From Octopus bimaculoides (Eukaryota): 64,000 nucleotides of DNA. Shown one piece after another: positions 39,911 to 52,956 of the stretch. The notes under the pieces were generated by a model, which saw only the letters and a program-made list of their open reading frames with translations, had not been told where the DNA came from and did no database searches. Location: positions 34,569,312 to 34,633,311 of the forward strand of contig NC_068995.1 in NCBI RefSeq assembly GCF_001194135.2, given 5' to 3'. Positions within the stretch are counted from its first letter, which is position 1. Every line of letters starts with the position of its first letter. Position numbers and translations under genes: made by a program.

Positions 39911-42845
39911 GCCTTTGCACAGCTTCTAACGCTGGAGATGTACTACAGTGTCAGCTGTTCACTACCAGTGAACTAAGGTAACACACCTTAGTTTTCGAGC
40001 ACCACCTGAAGTATTCGAGCGGTTCTAAGCGATGCTGTTTTCTGCAAGTGCTCCACACTTATTGAAGCCCCTATTTGTTCCATGACTTCTCGAGATTTTT
40101 ACTCACTGTTCCCAAGGCTCCGACAATTATTGGCACCACTACCACCTTTTTCATCGACCACAACTGCTTTACCTCCCAAGCTAACCTATCATACCTATCG
40201 ACTTATCTTTCTTCCTTATCGCATACTTTGTTGTGAGCTGGGTATGCTGTATCTATGATCCAGCATAGTTTGCTTTCTTTCTCAATTAAGACCATGTCTG
40301 GCTTCCTACTCTCTATCTAATGGTCGCACTGAATCATAAAATCCCACAGGATCTTTGCATTATCGTTTTCCATGTTGCCTTCGGGTTTGCGGTCGTACCA
40401 TTTTTTTGCTCTGTCAAGTTCATACTTGTTGCAAAGTATCCAATTGACAAGCCTTGCTATATTGTCGTGGCGTCCCTTATATTCCTTCTGGGCTAGTGGC
40501 GTACATTCGCTGGTAATATGCCATACGGTTTCACCATTTTGTTCACAGATTCTGCACTTATCACTTTCTGCTGTGTTGTCTATTCNNNNNNNNNNTTCGC
40601 TGGTAATATGCCATACGGTTTCACCATTTTGTTCACAGATTCTGCACTTATCACTTTCTGCTGTGTTGTCTATTCTGTATTTTATGTAGTTTGTTCTTAG
40701 TGCTTGCTCTTGGGCAGCACAGATTAGAGCCCCTATTTCCGGTTTTAAATCACTTTTAGTCATCCACAGCCATCTTTTTTCTTTGTCCGTCTTATCTTCA
40801 ACGTTCCTATGAAATTGTCCATCCCTTCTTTTCTTTACCCCTCTATTTTCAGTTTCAATCGTTTTCAACTGCTTGTACAGTGCTTTATCTTTGCAATCTT
40901 TCATCCTACACAAGCCTGACCTTCTTACTTCTAATATTAGCGGTTCTGTGGCATTATTTACATATCATGCTATGTTGTTTTCTCCTGCTCTAATGCTGTG
41001 CTCGCATCCAATAAGTCCCCTTCCCACTCTTTTTCTTGGTACTTACATTCTGTTGTGTCACGTTTTGGCCGGAGTGTCCCATATCTAGTTAGCAACTTCC
41101 TTGTCTTTCTGTCTAAGCTAATTAGTTCGTCTACTGCCCATGCTATTACTTCGACTTAAGTATCAGTCTCAATCTGCGCAAGTACTCCACCTTAAATTTT
41201 TATGTAATTTCTTCTCCATCAATTTATCCATTTTCAAAATCCGCAAGTACTTATAGACCCTCTCTCCTATCTGCTTCATTACCTTCCTGCATTATCAGTT
41301 GAAGAATTGGCAATGAAGCTTAGTTCAAACCATACAACTGTCCTACCCAATGTCAACAACTCTGGAGTTACTTGGTCGGCATTTAACAAGCTGTAGAGTT
41401 GCGCAGCTATTCGTACATGACGTTCACCAAATGTTTTGATCCAGTAGCCTTGAACTCCATCTGGTCCCGGAGCTTCCTAGTTGCTCATCTTGTGATTTCT
41501 TTCACTTCCTGAACTGAAAAGACTAGTTGTGCTTTTTTTGGACAGACTACCGTTTGTTTCAGTTTGTGCAACCATTCAGCATCCTTCTTGTGCTCCTTGT
41601 CTTTGCTCCAGATGTCACTTCAAAACCTCTGACTTTCATTGTTATCTGGTATCAACCTTTCATCTGTACACTCCATATATTTCTTTATAGAATCTCTTCT
41701 GATCTACTATGAATAACCTATTCTGGTGGTAACCCTGCATTCTTTGGTCGTATCTTACCATCTTGGCTTTCTTTGCAACGAAGCGTTGTTTAAGTTCCTC
41801 CATTACCACTTTCAGGCCCTTTCTTTCAATATTATACTTCCTTTTCAGCGTCCTGTATTTTTGTTCACTTTTAAGCTCCCCTTTCTCTTTTCTGTCTAAC
41901 ACAAGAATTTCCTTCTAGAGCATATCTAACCCTGATTGTATTCTTCTTTTCCACCATGGGACTTTTCTTTTGTCACTCCCATTATATTTCTTTTTTTTTT
42001 GGCATCAACACCCACGTTTTCTGCTACAACAATACTTGCTGCCTTGATCAAATTATTTGTTTCTGTGATGTTGTTTGTTCTGATGTATTTCAGAACATCA
42101 TTGACATTTTTCATTTCTTGGTTCAACTTCCACCGGTCAACCTCTTTAAGGTTGAAAATAATGTCGCTATCGTTCTCCTGTAGTCTTGCCTTTATTCTGT
42201 CGTAGATTGTCTTTTGTTCATCTGTCATGTCGCCATTAGTTTTATTGTCTTCTTTTAGATCATCTATATGTCTCTCATCAAATAAACTACCACTGCTCCT
42301 TTCCTGTGCTATGAGATGAATTTATTAGTAAGAACAGTTTTTCATCGTTATCTCTGCTGCTATTTTCCAAGACCCGCCTTTTGATACATTCGATCTCTAT
42401 TTCTGTGAACCAACGATTTTTTCTTATTTCGCTAGCTTGACCACATATTCTTTGTTCAGTGAGTTGAAACAATCCCTTTTCTCTCCAATGATTATATATA
42501 CGTTGTCAGTAACTCCTAATTTGAGTACCATTTTCTTCTACCGGGTTGCTCAGGTAGTGACACTCCATGACCACAGCATTGATTTGCTTGCTCAATCTGC
42601 GCCGTGTGTGGTAGTCCCTTTCTGGATATCGACAGGCTGGAGCCGGACCAGGATCTCTGAGCCTGCCAGGTGCAACGTTGTCACCATCAAGGGTTTCAGT
42701 TTCATTACCACCGTTATTCACAATATTTTGTTTATTTATTTTCACTCATATGAGGTAGCGATTATCAGGTTGCGCAAATACCAGTGTTTTTATTGTGACA
42801 CCATCACTAGATGTATCATTAATCAGTAGAATCCACCCACTGCAT

Positions 42846-42847
<2 letters not shown>
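39911..42847 (-). mobile_element. R4/Dong-clade non-LTR retrotransposon (RLE type) with both ends present and the RT core deleted
   Basis: N-terminus VMECHYLSNP...TEQRICGQASEIRKN; pre-RT EAPGPDGVQGYWIK...GRTV; post-RT YKYL.IL, LDRKTRK; CCHC knuckle CRICEQNGETVWHITSEC; RLE motif RKPDMVLI...IIDTAYP; PIIVGALG. (ATT)n on both sides. Many stops and frameshifts. Confidence 0.92.
41286..41341 (+). mobile_element. Mariner transposase fragment embedded in the Dong element
   Basis: Encodes PALSVEELAMKLSSNHTTV; 41305-41341 matches 50828-50864 (mariner 2) at 36/37 nt. Confidence 0.9.
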
Positions 42848-42939
<92 letters not shown>

Positions 42940-42950
42940 CATCATCATCA
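42848..42950. repeat. (ATT)n(ATC)n microsatellite at the Dong 5' junction
   Basis: Direct tandem repeats. Confidence 0.95.
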
Positions 42951-43611
42951 CTGATATCACTGATATCATTGTTAGGGCCTCAGATTCCTGTGCTATCAGA
43001 ATAGTAATAGTATTGTAGTATTAGCAGCTGCAGCATATTATCATTATTTTTATTTTTATCATTTTCACCCTCACCACCACTAACACTATTATTATCATTA
43101 TTACTATTTCCATTCATTATTAAAAGATTTTGTTAAATGTTCTTTATTTTCAACTTTTGTCTTGTACTTGAGATAATCATAAATATGTGGTTGTTGAAAG
43201 AAATAGTTGGTGGTGGTGGGAGTAGCAGCTTGGTGAATAGATTAAATTCTACAGGTCTATAAATAGATTTGGCAGTTGGTGGAGAGGTCAGCCGTAGAGA
43301 CAAAAGAATCCTTGCACCCTTTGGGTCAGCAGAGATCAAATGTGTTTACTATACCAGCGACCACTAAGGGCGCTGACCTTGCCCTTGAGAAGAAGCAATN
43401 NNNNNNNNNGACCACTAAGGGCGCTGACCTTGCCCTTGAGAAGAAGCAATTCAACCTGTTCTATTTGTAATTACTGGTAGAGAAAACAATTAATACTATT
43501 ATTATTATTATTATTATTAGTAGTAGTAGTAGTAATAGTAGAGGTAGTAGCAATAGCGACAGTTGTGTCGTAATTTAAGAAGTCATTTCGTTTTTTCTTT
43601 CACTATTTCAG

Positions 43612-44123
43612 ATATTCGTAGGCTTAGTCCCGACATTGCTAATCCCACATTGGTCCCCATGTGGGCGGGAATCATAATACAGCTTGTGTGGAATTCGAAT
43701 ACTTCAGCCTATTATATTAATAATACCTGCATCGTTTTAGAAGGCTTCTACGGAGTCGCTTTGACTTCAAGATATAGTAGACAAATATCCCTTAAATTTG
43801 ATCATATTGTCTTAGATGATAAGGAAAAAAACAGGGCGATGTGTCCTCGACACCACATTCACGTCCGGAAAATCTTTGGCCACGAACGAGTCTGTTCGAT
43901 CGTGCTTAACCTTGGCTTAAACAAAAACTACGCAGATTCATTTCAAACTCTCCGTTATAACATTAACAAGTTTTTTTTTTCTTTTAAACAATTACGCAGT
44001 TTGCATATAATGATCAAAGATATTTGCAGAGAAACTAGTCACATAGAACTGGACAAAATATTGATTCTTCATCGTCTCCTATTTTTTCCTTTCTTGCTAA
44101 TACGTCATGATTTTGTTGTATAA
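43612..44123 (+). CDS. Candidate terminal exon / unassigned ORF (about 170 aa after the acceptor)
   Basis: Longest non-repeat ORF in the track (43563-44123). A strong acceptor ttttttctttcactatttcag at 43610-43611 falls inside it. No recognisable domain. Confidence 0.2.
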
Positions 44124-44353
44124 TCGACAATACAGTTTTTCAATAATTTCACAAACACTTGTCTAGTTTATATTTCACAGCGCTAAATGCTAATTTGTAT
44201 TTGTATTAGAGCAATATGAACTGTAAACAAAGAGAAGGCAGTAAATACGTGTTACTGTCTCTTTTGTCTTGTTTTAAATAATTTCTTGCAATGCAGCGAT
44301 ATCATGTTTATAATAACAATGGTTTCAAGATTTTGCACAAGGCCAGCAATGTC

Positions 44354-44392
<39 letters not shown>

Positions 44393-44399
44393 AGGAGAT

Positions 44400-44730
44400 A
44401 AGTTGTTTACATTGACCCCTGTGTTCAAATGGTACTTATTTTATCGACCCCAAAATTATGAAAGGCAAAGTTACCCGCGGCGGCATTTGAACTCAGAAGC
44501 GCTTTACCCAGCGTATTAACGGTTCTGCCAGTTCGTTGCCTTAATAATAATAATAATTTGAGGGACGAATCGACTACATGAAATCCAGTGCTCAACTAGT
44601 AACCATTTTATCGATCCCTGAGAGGATGTAAGGCAAAGCCAACCTCGGTGACATTTGAATTCAGAACGTAAACCCAGAATAAATGCTGCTATGCATCTTG
44701 TCCAACATTGTAACGTTTCTGCCGATAATA
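44400..44730 (-). mobile_element. Two head-to-tail SINE family B copies
   Basis: Two reverse-complement bodies separated by (AAT)n at about 44542-44557. Confidence 0.8.
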
Positions 44731-46189
44731 ATACATTTTGTTCTGTATTTATCGGAAAGTCTTCTGCATACATAGCATAGGATTAGCATTAGAACAGGGT
44801 GTTAAAAAATATGTGATACAATATATCGATAGCAAATTTGATATAAGTCAAAGCATGGAATATATATAAGTTTATAAAAAATATGCAATAATCTAAATGA
44901 GTTACAATTTAACAAATAAAAAACAAAAATTTTATTAACCACCGAAACACGGGTAAATGTTTTCACTTCGATCAGGCCATTCAATCAATTCTGATTAATT
45001 TCCTCAGCAATAATTTTTCCTTTCTTGTAGTCAACTGTCTCTTTCCAAAAAAATGTCCACGAACAATTCTGGAGTTGGGAGACCAAAAAGCGGTCAATAT
45101 AAATTATTCATTTGATTCTTCGAAGGATCTTTTTTTAATTTCATATCTTTTGCAAACTCCACGTTATCGAAGCTCATTTCAGCCGCAATCTACATTAAAT
45201 TTATATCGCGATAACCAAGCTAATCCTTTAAATCTGTTAGCGATAATGGACACTAACACAAATAAACATAATTTATTTAAAATTTCGAATTATTCTGATG
45301 TAGGAAATGGCTCGTCATTTTAATAGTAAAACTATGGCGGTGGCGGTTGCGGTGATGTGTTGTTATTTGACTTCTTCCTTGCTTTTAACACCTGCTGCTG
45401 TTGTCGCCATTGCTGTTCTTGTCGTTGTTTTTGTTGTCACTGTTACTTCTCGAACTTAGTGAATACCCGTTTTCCTTTGTAACACTGTAGTTACATTGGT
45501 ACATGGATACTCCATCTGATCTACAGATATATTAAAGCCAGCAAACAGAATGGTAAAGAAAGAACAGAAAGGGACAGAACATAAAATAAAAGACCTGCTA
45601 ATAATTACGGAAATAAATAACGAAACGACACAAATTAAAAAAAATGAAAAACAAAAACAAAACAGAAGAGACAAACACTGGAGAAATAAAGCATGGAAAC
45701 AGAAGTATCCAAAATCAAAAATTACCTGAAGCAAGAGTTCCTCACTAAATCATAAAATATCCATCGATAACAAAACTGGCAGAGATTCTTTGAACGAAAC
45801 AAAATATTTCAACTCCAACCCAAAATGATTTTATCTAGAACCTGACAAAAAAACAAAACAAAAACAAACAAACAAGTGATTATGCAAAGAAGTAGAAGAA
45901 TTCTGGGGAGGGGATATTGGTGAAGAAAGAATCACCAGAGATACAATTGTTTAAAACAATGTACACAGTATCTGAGCATAATGCGAAGTCGTAACAACTC
46001 TTGAAGTTGTTCAGATATTTCTAAAAAAAAAAAAGCATAAATAAATGAATAAATAAGTAAAAGTACAAGAGACATGTAAATAACTAAAAGATATATTTAG
46101 CAGTGACATATAAGGAGCTTGTAAATTTGTTGAATAGGATTCTGTTGGAATCTTTTTGCCCACCGCTTAAGAGAATTAGTGGTGGGTAA

Positions 46190-46950
46190 AAGCAATGCTG
46201 TACAACTCCCTTCTACAGCATTGTACCACTGGTAGAGTCCTGTGAGCACTTGGCATCATTTCAGATGTCCAGTGCCTTGTGTCGGTCTTTGTTTGAACCA
46301 GACATTCAGATATAAAAAAAAACAAATTGGGGAAAAACCCTTCTGACAAACGGCCACCTCACTTGTTCACCATCATAGAATCGCTGGAGATGTTCCAGTC
46401 TCAAAGCATGCCTGCCTAATCCTTCATTCAGAGGTTCACGGCAGCAAATCGATTACCTACCCAGTCACACACATCCTTTTCGCAATAGACAGAAGAGTAG
46501 ACGCTCCATACCGGCCAGACATGAACTGGGACAAAGCACAGCGGTGAGGGTGTGTTAAGTGAAGTAGGCGTTCGGTCAGAGATAGTGGCGGAGGTGTGAC
46601 AGGACCTTCACAATATTACTGATGATATAAGTGTGGTGGAAGCAGTTGCTGTTACCGCTGCTTGCGATGGTTATTGAGGTTGTATTTGTGTTACAGATAT
46701 AACAAGCATTTGGGATAGATGACACCACAGCACATATAACTGCATAGGGCAGCTGATCCACAGGGCAGATGACTCTTTAGTGGTTTGTGTTGTCACGTTT
46801 GAGACACTTGCCTTCTATCATAATGCAAACTTGCATCTCCTTAATGCAGAGATCGTCACCGAGTGGGCAAGTATTTTCAATTGTTATCCGTGAAGCGGTG
46901 AGCCCGATCAGATCGTCTTTAATGGGAATCCGTTGTCGGCGACTTAGCTA
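46190..46950 (-). mobile_element. Decayed L1/Tx1-like LINE ORF2 fragment
   Basis: Minus remnants VDQ(G)CP..LYVL, LTAVLCPSSCLAGMERLLFCLLRKGCV and EPLNEGLG...HALRLEHLQRFYDGEQVRWPFVRRVFPQ resemble the Tx1-type RT and post-RT region (LF.FLW.G...GGLG). Confidence 0.65.
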
Positions 46951-47189
46951 CATATGAGATTTCTTCTATCATTTTTCAACGGCTCTTCATTTGAATAAGA
47001 TATTAAATCTTGCCTTACGATATTCCCGATGTACATCGATCGTTTTGTGTGTCTTTTTAAGGACCCTATTATTTAAGAAAACAATAACACTATGACAATT
47101 ATAAAAAAAGGAATTCTTAATTTCTTTTCTCGAAGAACAACTATAATAACTATTTCCAATATAGTTACTCGGTTACAGTTTCGCTAAAT

Positions 47190-47320
47190 AATTGTTTGTC
47201 GATTAAATCGACATCACTATATAATTGGAACTTTATCGGCAAAGAAAGAATGGATGTCAAAGTCGACCTCAGCAGGAGTCAGAACAAATACCGGCAGGTA
47301 TCATCCACCTTCATTAGAGC
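47190..47320 (-). mobile_element. SINE family B remnant
   Basis: tttatcggc...gaatggatgtcaaagtcgacctcagcagga. Confidence 0.55.
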
Positions 47321-48242
47321 AGCAAAAATGATGATACACAACAGTATACGACAAAACTCTAAGCACATAAATGTGTCTTAAGTAACTAAAAAAAAATAGT
47401 GTCTCTCAAAGAAAAGAGTTTTTCGAACCATAATTTGCTATGAGTTTCTTAGCAACATTCCATCTGACCAGTTTGTATCAGAAAACAGAAGGTTAAACCA
47501 GCCATCGCCGTGTATTTTTCTCGTTTTCGCTTATCGTTCGTAAAATGTATATAGTAGGGTGGTGTTGTGTTTGTAACAGTTTATTGGTTCGTATTTTCGC
47601 AAGAGGTTAAGAGAGAAATAAGATGAAGACTTGAATCTTAGTCTGTTCTAGTTTGTCCGCCATACTACTCCAGTCATTGCATGCACTAATCACAAAAGAT
47701 ATGTCTTGTTTATTCTATGGCGATCGATTTAAGGCGAACAGTTCCAAACTGGTCTTTGATGCTTTACATATTTCGCTCACTACCTCACTGTTCAAACTTC
47801 ACATCACACTTATATCGATTTGGTCTATTCAACTATGGAGAACCATTCAGACGTGTACCAGTAATACAGTGTTTAGTTCGTATTTAATCGAAAGAAATCG
47901 ATATAATCTGTGTTAATTCTGTTTGTATTGTGGAAGTTTTCTTTCTCTGCTTTGCTGGTGATGTTTTTAGATGGTGACTTTCTTGCTGTTATTAATGAAA
48001 TGACTGTAGCAGTCCGTTGAACTGCGTACAGAAATTACTTGTGACATGTATAGTTACGCCCCTTTTCTCCTTTCATCCCTGCAAAACTAAAAATTATGTA
48101 TTACTGAGTACTGGGGTAGTCAAACAACTAAACCTAACTTCCAATTTTGAGGTATTTGGTATATTTTTGAAACGGTTGATGTTAATTTGATTTTTTGGTT
48201 TATTTTTTGGTTGAATCTATTATTGTTGAAGATATACTTCAA

Positions 48243-48308
<66 letters not shown>
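48243..48308. repeat. (CTA)n microsatellite
   Basis: Direct tandem repeats. Confidence 0.95.
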
Positions 48309-48309
<1 letters not shown>

Positions 48310-50405
48310 TCTAAAGGAAGTGTTGCAGCGCAGCCGTGACTGATTCACATGGAACACTTGGACGTAGAGCTTGTGTACTGTGGGGGATGCAGAGGGATAC
48401 CGTAATGGCTCACACGCCTGTTTCTCATTGGTCTGTGCTGCCAGAAATGATTTACATACAACAAGTGGAGCTGTCACTAATTTGCTAATTTGAAGTGCCA
48501 TAACACCCGGGATTTGGTATTGTTGCTGTGTATTGTAATAACGTTTGGGTTTAAGAATCCACAATAAAGCAATGGTTGACCGACCCAATAGGTGCAGAGA
48601 CACTTATGGTAGTGATGCGTTTGAAGGTAAAGAATCAAAAGTGTTTGGAGTGTCTGAGAGTCGGTTGTGGAAATAACAGATAAAACTAGTCTATGTAGAG
48701 AGTTTAAGAGCTACTCAAGTTTCAGGTTCTGCTAATAAGAGAGTTACTACTTCTACATTGATTAAATGTTTGTTCAACTTTGGAATAGTTTCACGTAACC
48801 CGTAGTCATTTATAAGACTACAACATCAGTGACTTGGAAGAATGTAACTCTTGAAAACCATGGGGGAAAATAAACAAGCAAGTCAAATATCGCTACCGGA
48901 GAAGTAGTTGATATCGTTGGTGCAATACGACAATTTAGAAGTCTGGAATAATTTGACATTTATTTCACCACTACTACAGATACAGCCATGTATTTATTGG
49001 AATTATTTCAGGAGACAAAATGTCTTACATGTTCCACCATATTTTTGTTGGAATTACTTCAGTAACATAAGATACTATATATATATATATATATATATAT
49101 ATCACTTTCCATTCTAACTGGCAAGCAAATCAAGTGACGCTCTTCTTAGTATACACCATAAGTAGATCAGCAAATTAATACAAAGCCAGATATTCCTTAC
49201 CACAAAAAAAGCAAAATAACATATATCAGCAATTTTGTGTTCAGCTGAGGTAATATTTACACACCTCTTCACATAAAATTACATGCTATCTGGTATGCCA
49301 ACGTATATAGTTAAATGTGAAATACAGAAATTGCAGGTGTATATTAGTCTATCTATAATAGCAAATGCACGTTGTGAATTCATGCCAGAAAATCTAGACC
49401 AGCTCTTAAGAAATTTGGTAAAGATTAGGATTTTTCACGAGCAACACGAAATCAATTTGTGTAAAATTCTTTGAAAACGGGAGCCTGCATCTCCTTGTCA
49501 ATGTTTGATACTTGTCATAATTTGAATGCGAATCATCTATTTGTTTCGGGCCTCATTTTTGTTTGGTGGTATTCATTTCCTCATTTCATTATGAATGAAA
49601 CAGACGTGACAATTTTTACGAGAGATTAAACTATTCTCCAAATCGTTAGCGTTAATAATGTGATCATTTTACGCTGTGTTGTCAAGTTCATTCATTTACA
49701 TTTGGAGGGCTAAGCTTACAGCTAATATCCATATATCTTTGTGAAGATATTTCTATTCATTAAGTTAACAATAAAATATGGAGATGTATTTACGCTTATT
49801 TCTGCACATCGATCTGAATATTCGTTTGTTAGCACGTTTTAAGAGCCTACATGCATGTAAATATATATATGAACACAGACAGCAGCGCATATAGTAACTG
49901 AAGCGCATAAATTGTAGAACATAAAATCAGTGAAGTGTATAGTTTAGAATTAACTATAATAATGGGCATATATGTCAGTTTTATATATTTATATTTGAAA
50001 TATATTTGTGAGATAGTGTATGTGTGTATATATTTATAAATATGTGTGTTTATTTATATTTGTAAGCATTGGGACTAGACATATGATGACTATAGGACAT
50101 ATTCTAATTCGACCAGTGGATGCATCTTTTTATTGTGAATACAGGGCGTATAATAGAGATCAGCTGGTAAATTCGTAAATGAACCAGGATTAGAGACGAT
50201 CAAAGAAAAAAGTCCATAACTATTTGCCAAGAAACTTACCTTCGAAAAAAAGCAAAAAAAAAAAAAACAGAAAAATACCCAAGAACAAAGCAAAAAGCGG
50301 CACACTTTAAATTGTAGAAGTTCTTCCCTCTCAATTCTCAATTCTCAAAACTAGCGTTGTTCCGCATTGCAAAATCCCTCTTTCTCTTGGAGGGTATACA
50401 ATATA

Positions 50406-51584
50406 TCAGGTCATCCCATAAGTTCTGTCCGATTTTACCTTTTTTTAAAATGAATGAAATTTAATAGTATTTTAGAATGTCTAATGGAATTAAAAATTAT
50501 TTTTATGCATTTGTGTATATTTAAACTAATTAAAATATTATTTTACAGAATAATAGAAAATTTCTTTGATTAAAACCCTTTCTAACATGGAAATATCCAA
50601 ATAACATCTGAGGCACATAATGCTTTAAGAGTACAAAAAAGGAAACTCTGCAGCCGAAGCGACTCGAAACATACACTTAGTTTATGGGAAAGAATGCTTG
50701 AATGAAAGAACTTGCAGAAGATGGTTTGTAAAATTTAGAAGAGGAGATTGCAACCTTGAAGATGAAGTTCGAATAGGACGTCCAGTTGAGTTTGATGATA
50801 AGCTCCTTGAGGCATTACTTGAAGAAAAATTGGCAATAAAGCTTAGTTCAAACCATACAACTGTTCATCGTCATCTTGGAAAGGTTCCTAAACTTGGAAA
50901 ATGAGTGTCTCATGAATTATCCGAAAGCAACCGCAAATCCCGAGTTGACATCTGCTCTTCTCTCCATTCTCGCGAACTCATTTCACCCTTTTTGGATAGA
51001 CGTGACTGGTGACGAAAAATAAATCTTCTATAGAAATGTTAAACGTCGTAAACAGTTGTTTGGTAAAAGGGAAAAAGCTCAACCACAACCTAGAAGGGAA
51101 CATCATGGGGAAAAAGGTTCTTCTCTCTATCTGGTGGGATTGCAAAGGAGTAATTCACTTTGAATTGTTACCACCTAATGCAAAAATCAATGCTCAAGTC
51201 TACTGTCAGCAATTAAAGCGTTTGAACCAAGCTTTGAAGGCAAAGATCACATCATAGAAGATCGAAGAGCTTGGTTGGGAAAAAATTCCTCATCCACCTT
51301 ATTCTCCCGACCTTGCTCCTTCAGACTACCATTTGTTTCGTAATTTACAGAATCATTTGGGGGACATAACTTTCGCAAGCAAGGAGGAGGTCGAAACTGA
51401 CGTTTCAGAGTTCTTCGCTTTGAAACCAAAAGAGTTTTACATTGATGGGATTAAAAAGCTTGTATGGAAGGAAGTCATAGATAATCAGTGAAAGTACATT
51501 GATGATTAAATTTCAATTAAATATAACATTTGATCACTTGTTTTCTTTATTCAAACTTCGGATAGAACTTATGGGATGACCTGA
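50406..51584 (+). mobile_element. Mariner DNA transposon 2 (1179 bp)
   Basis: 26-bp TIRs tcaggtcatcccataagttctgtccg (50406-50431) and 51559-51584, one mismatch; TA at 50404-50405 and 51585-51586. Confidence 0.95.
50587..51509 (+). pseudogene. Mariner transposase pseudogene (Hsmar1/cecropia-like), internally deleted
   Basis: KKGNSAAEATRNI...RTCRRWF.KF..G..LEDE.R.GRP, GK*VSHEL (WVPHEL), VTGDEK*, IWWDCKGVIHFELL, HPPYSPDLAPSDYHLF. The HDNARPH segment is missing; stops and frameshifts present. Confidence 0.93.
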
Positions 51585-51625
51585 TACATCCATGTATATA
51601 TATATTTGTATATGTTTGTGTCTAT

Positions 51626-51645
51626 GGTAGTAGTAGTAGTAGTAT

Positions 51646-51714
<69 letters not shown>
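51626..51714. repeat. (TAG)n microsatellite
   Basis: Direct tandem repeats. Confidence 0.95.
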
Positions 51715-52322
51715 ATGATATGGTTTTATGAACCGTGAAACTGGCAAGATAGCGGATGTATGAAATAACAAAGTATAGTTGGGGTGCTAGCTTATGACTA
51801 GAAAGTGAAGTTATAGAAACAACTGCACTGGTTTACATTAACGTTCAGAGCTGTTTATATTCCAAAATCTTCTTTGCTGTAGAGCAAAGAGAATTGATCG
51901 GGGTGGGGTGGGNNNNNNNNNNNNNNNNNNNNNNNNNNNNNNNNNNNNNNNNNNNNNNNNNNNNNNNNNNNNNNNNNNNNNNNNNNNNNNNNNNNNNNNN
52001 NNNNNNNNNNNNNNNNNNNNNNNNNNNNNNNNNNNNNNNNNNNNNNNNNNNNNNNNNNNNNNNNNNNNNNNNNNNNNNNNNNNNNNNNNNNNNNNNNNNN
52101 NNNNNNNNNNNNNNNNNNNNNNNNNNNNNNNNNNNNNNNNNNNNNNNNNNNNNNNNNNNNNNNNNNNNNNNNNNNNNNNNNNNNNNNNNNNNNNNNNNNN
52201 NNNNNNNNNNNNNNNNNNNNNNNNNNNNNNNNNNNNNNNNNNNNNNNNNNNNNNNNNNNNNNNNNNNNNNNNNNNNNNNNNNNNNNNNNNNNNNNNNNNN
52301 NNNNNNNNNNNNNNNNNNNNNN

Positions 52323-52364
<42 letters not shown>

Positions 52365-52756
52365 TGCAGTGTCTTTTATTTGTCTAATGTTAGATTTAAT
52401 GTGGTGATATTGATGACTCTTAATGATCCTGGCATTTTGGTGGTTATATTTGTAATCGTGATTTTCCTGGTGGTAATACTGATATTACCGAAAGTAACCG
52501 TGTAGAATTACTTAACTGGCGGCGACTTAATTACAAAATTATCAATAACCGGATTTTACATTCTGTTTGATGATACGTTATGGTACTTATGCTGTTTGTG
52601 TTCAAATCGTCCAACGTTGTCGGTGACCAGGTCGCAGTTTTGAGTGATCAAAATTTTGTCATCACATTATAGACAATAAATGTTTGTAATATGCACCTTC
52701 CTTACAGGCAAATTTCTCATACTTTAAGATGGAAGAGAACATATCTATCTATCATA

Positions 52757-52956
52757 GGCACTGGTGTGGCTGTGGGCTGTGTGGTAAGAAGCTTGCTTCC
52801 CAACCACATGGTTCCGGGTTCAGTCCCGCTGCGTGGCACTTTGGGTAAGTGTCTTCTACTATAGTCTCGGGTCGACCAAAGATTTATGAGTGGATTTGGT
52901 NNNNNNNNNNCTCCAGCATGGCCACAGTCAAATGACTGAAACAGGTAAAAGTAAAA
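52757..52956 (+). mobile_element. SINE family A; middle collapsed at a 10-N gap
   Basis: Head ggcactggtgtggctgtg...ggttccgggttcagtccc; tail ctccagcatggccacagtcaaatgactgaaacaggtaaaag. Confidence 0.9.

Noticed and set aside
40506-40675. 80-bp direct duplication of the Dong zinc-knuckle region (40506-40585 and 40596-40675)
   Set aside because: Identical copies flank a 10-N gap, typical of unmerged contig overlap; not a double CCHC domain.
43359-43450. 41-bp perfect direct repeat
   Set aside because: It flanks a 10-N gap; assembly artefact.
48309-48650. 99-aa minus ORF or CR1-like 3' remnant next to (CTA)n
   Set aside because: Resemblance to LINE C-termini is weak and there are no splice signals; noted only as context for the tail finding.
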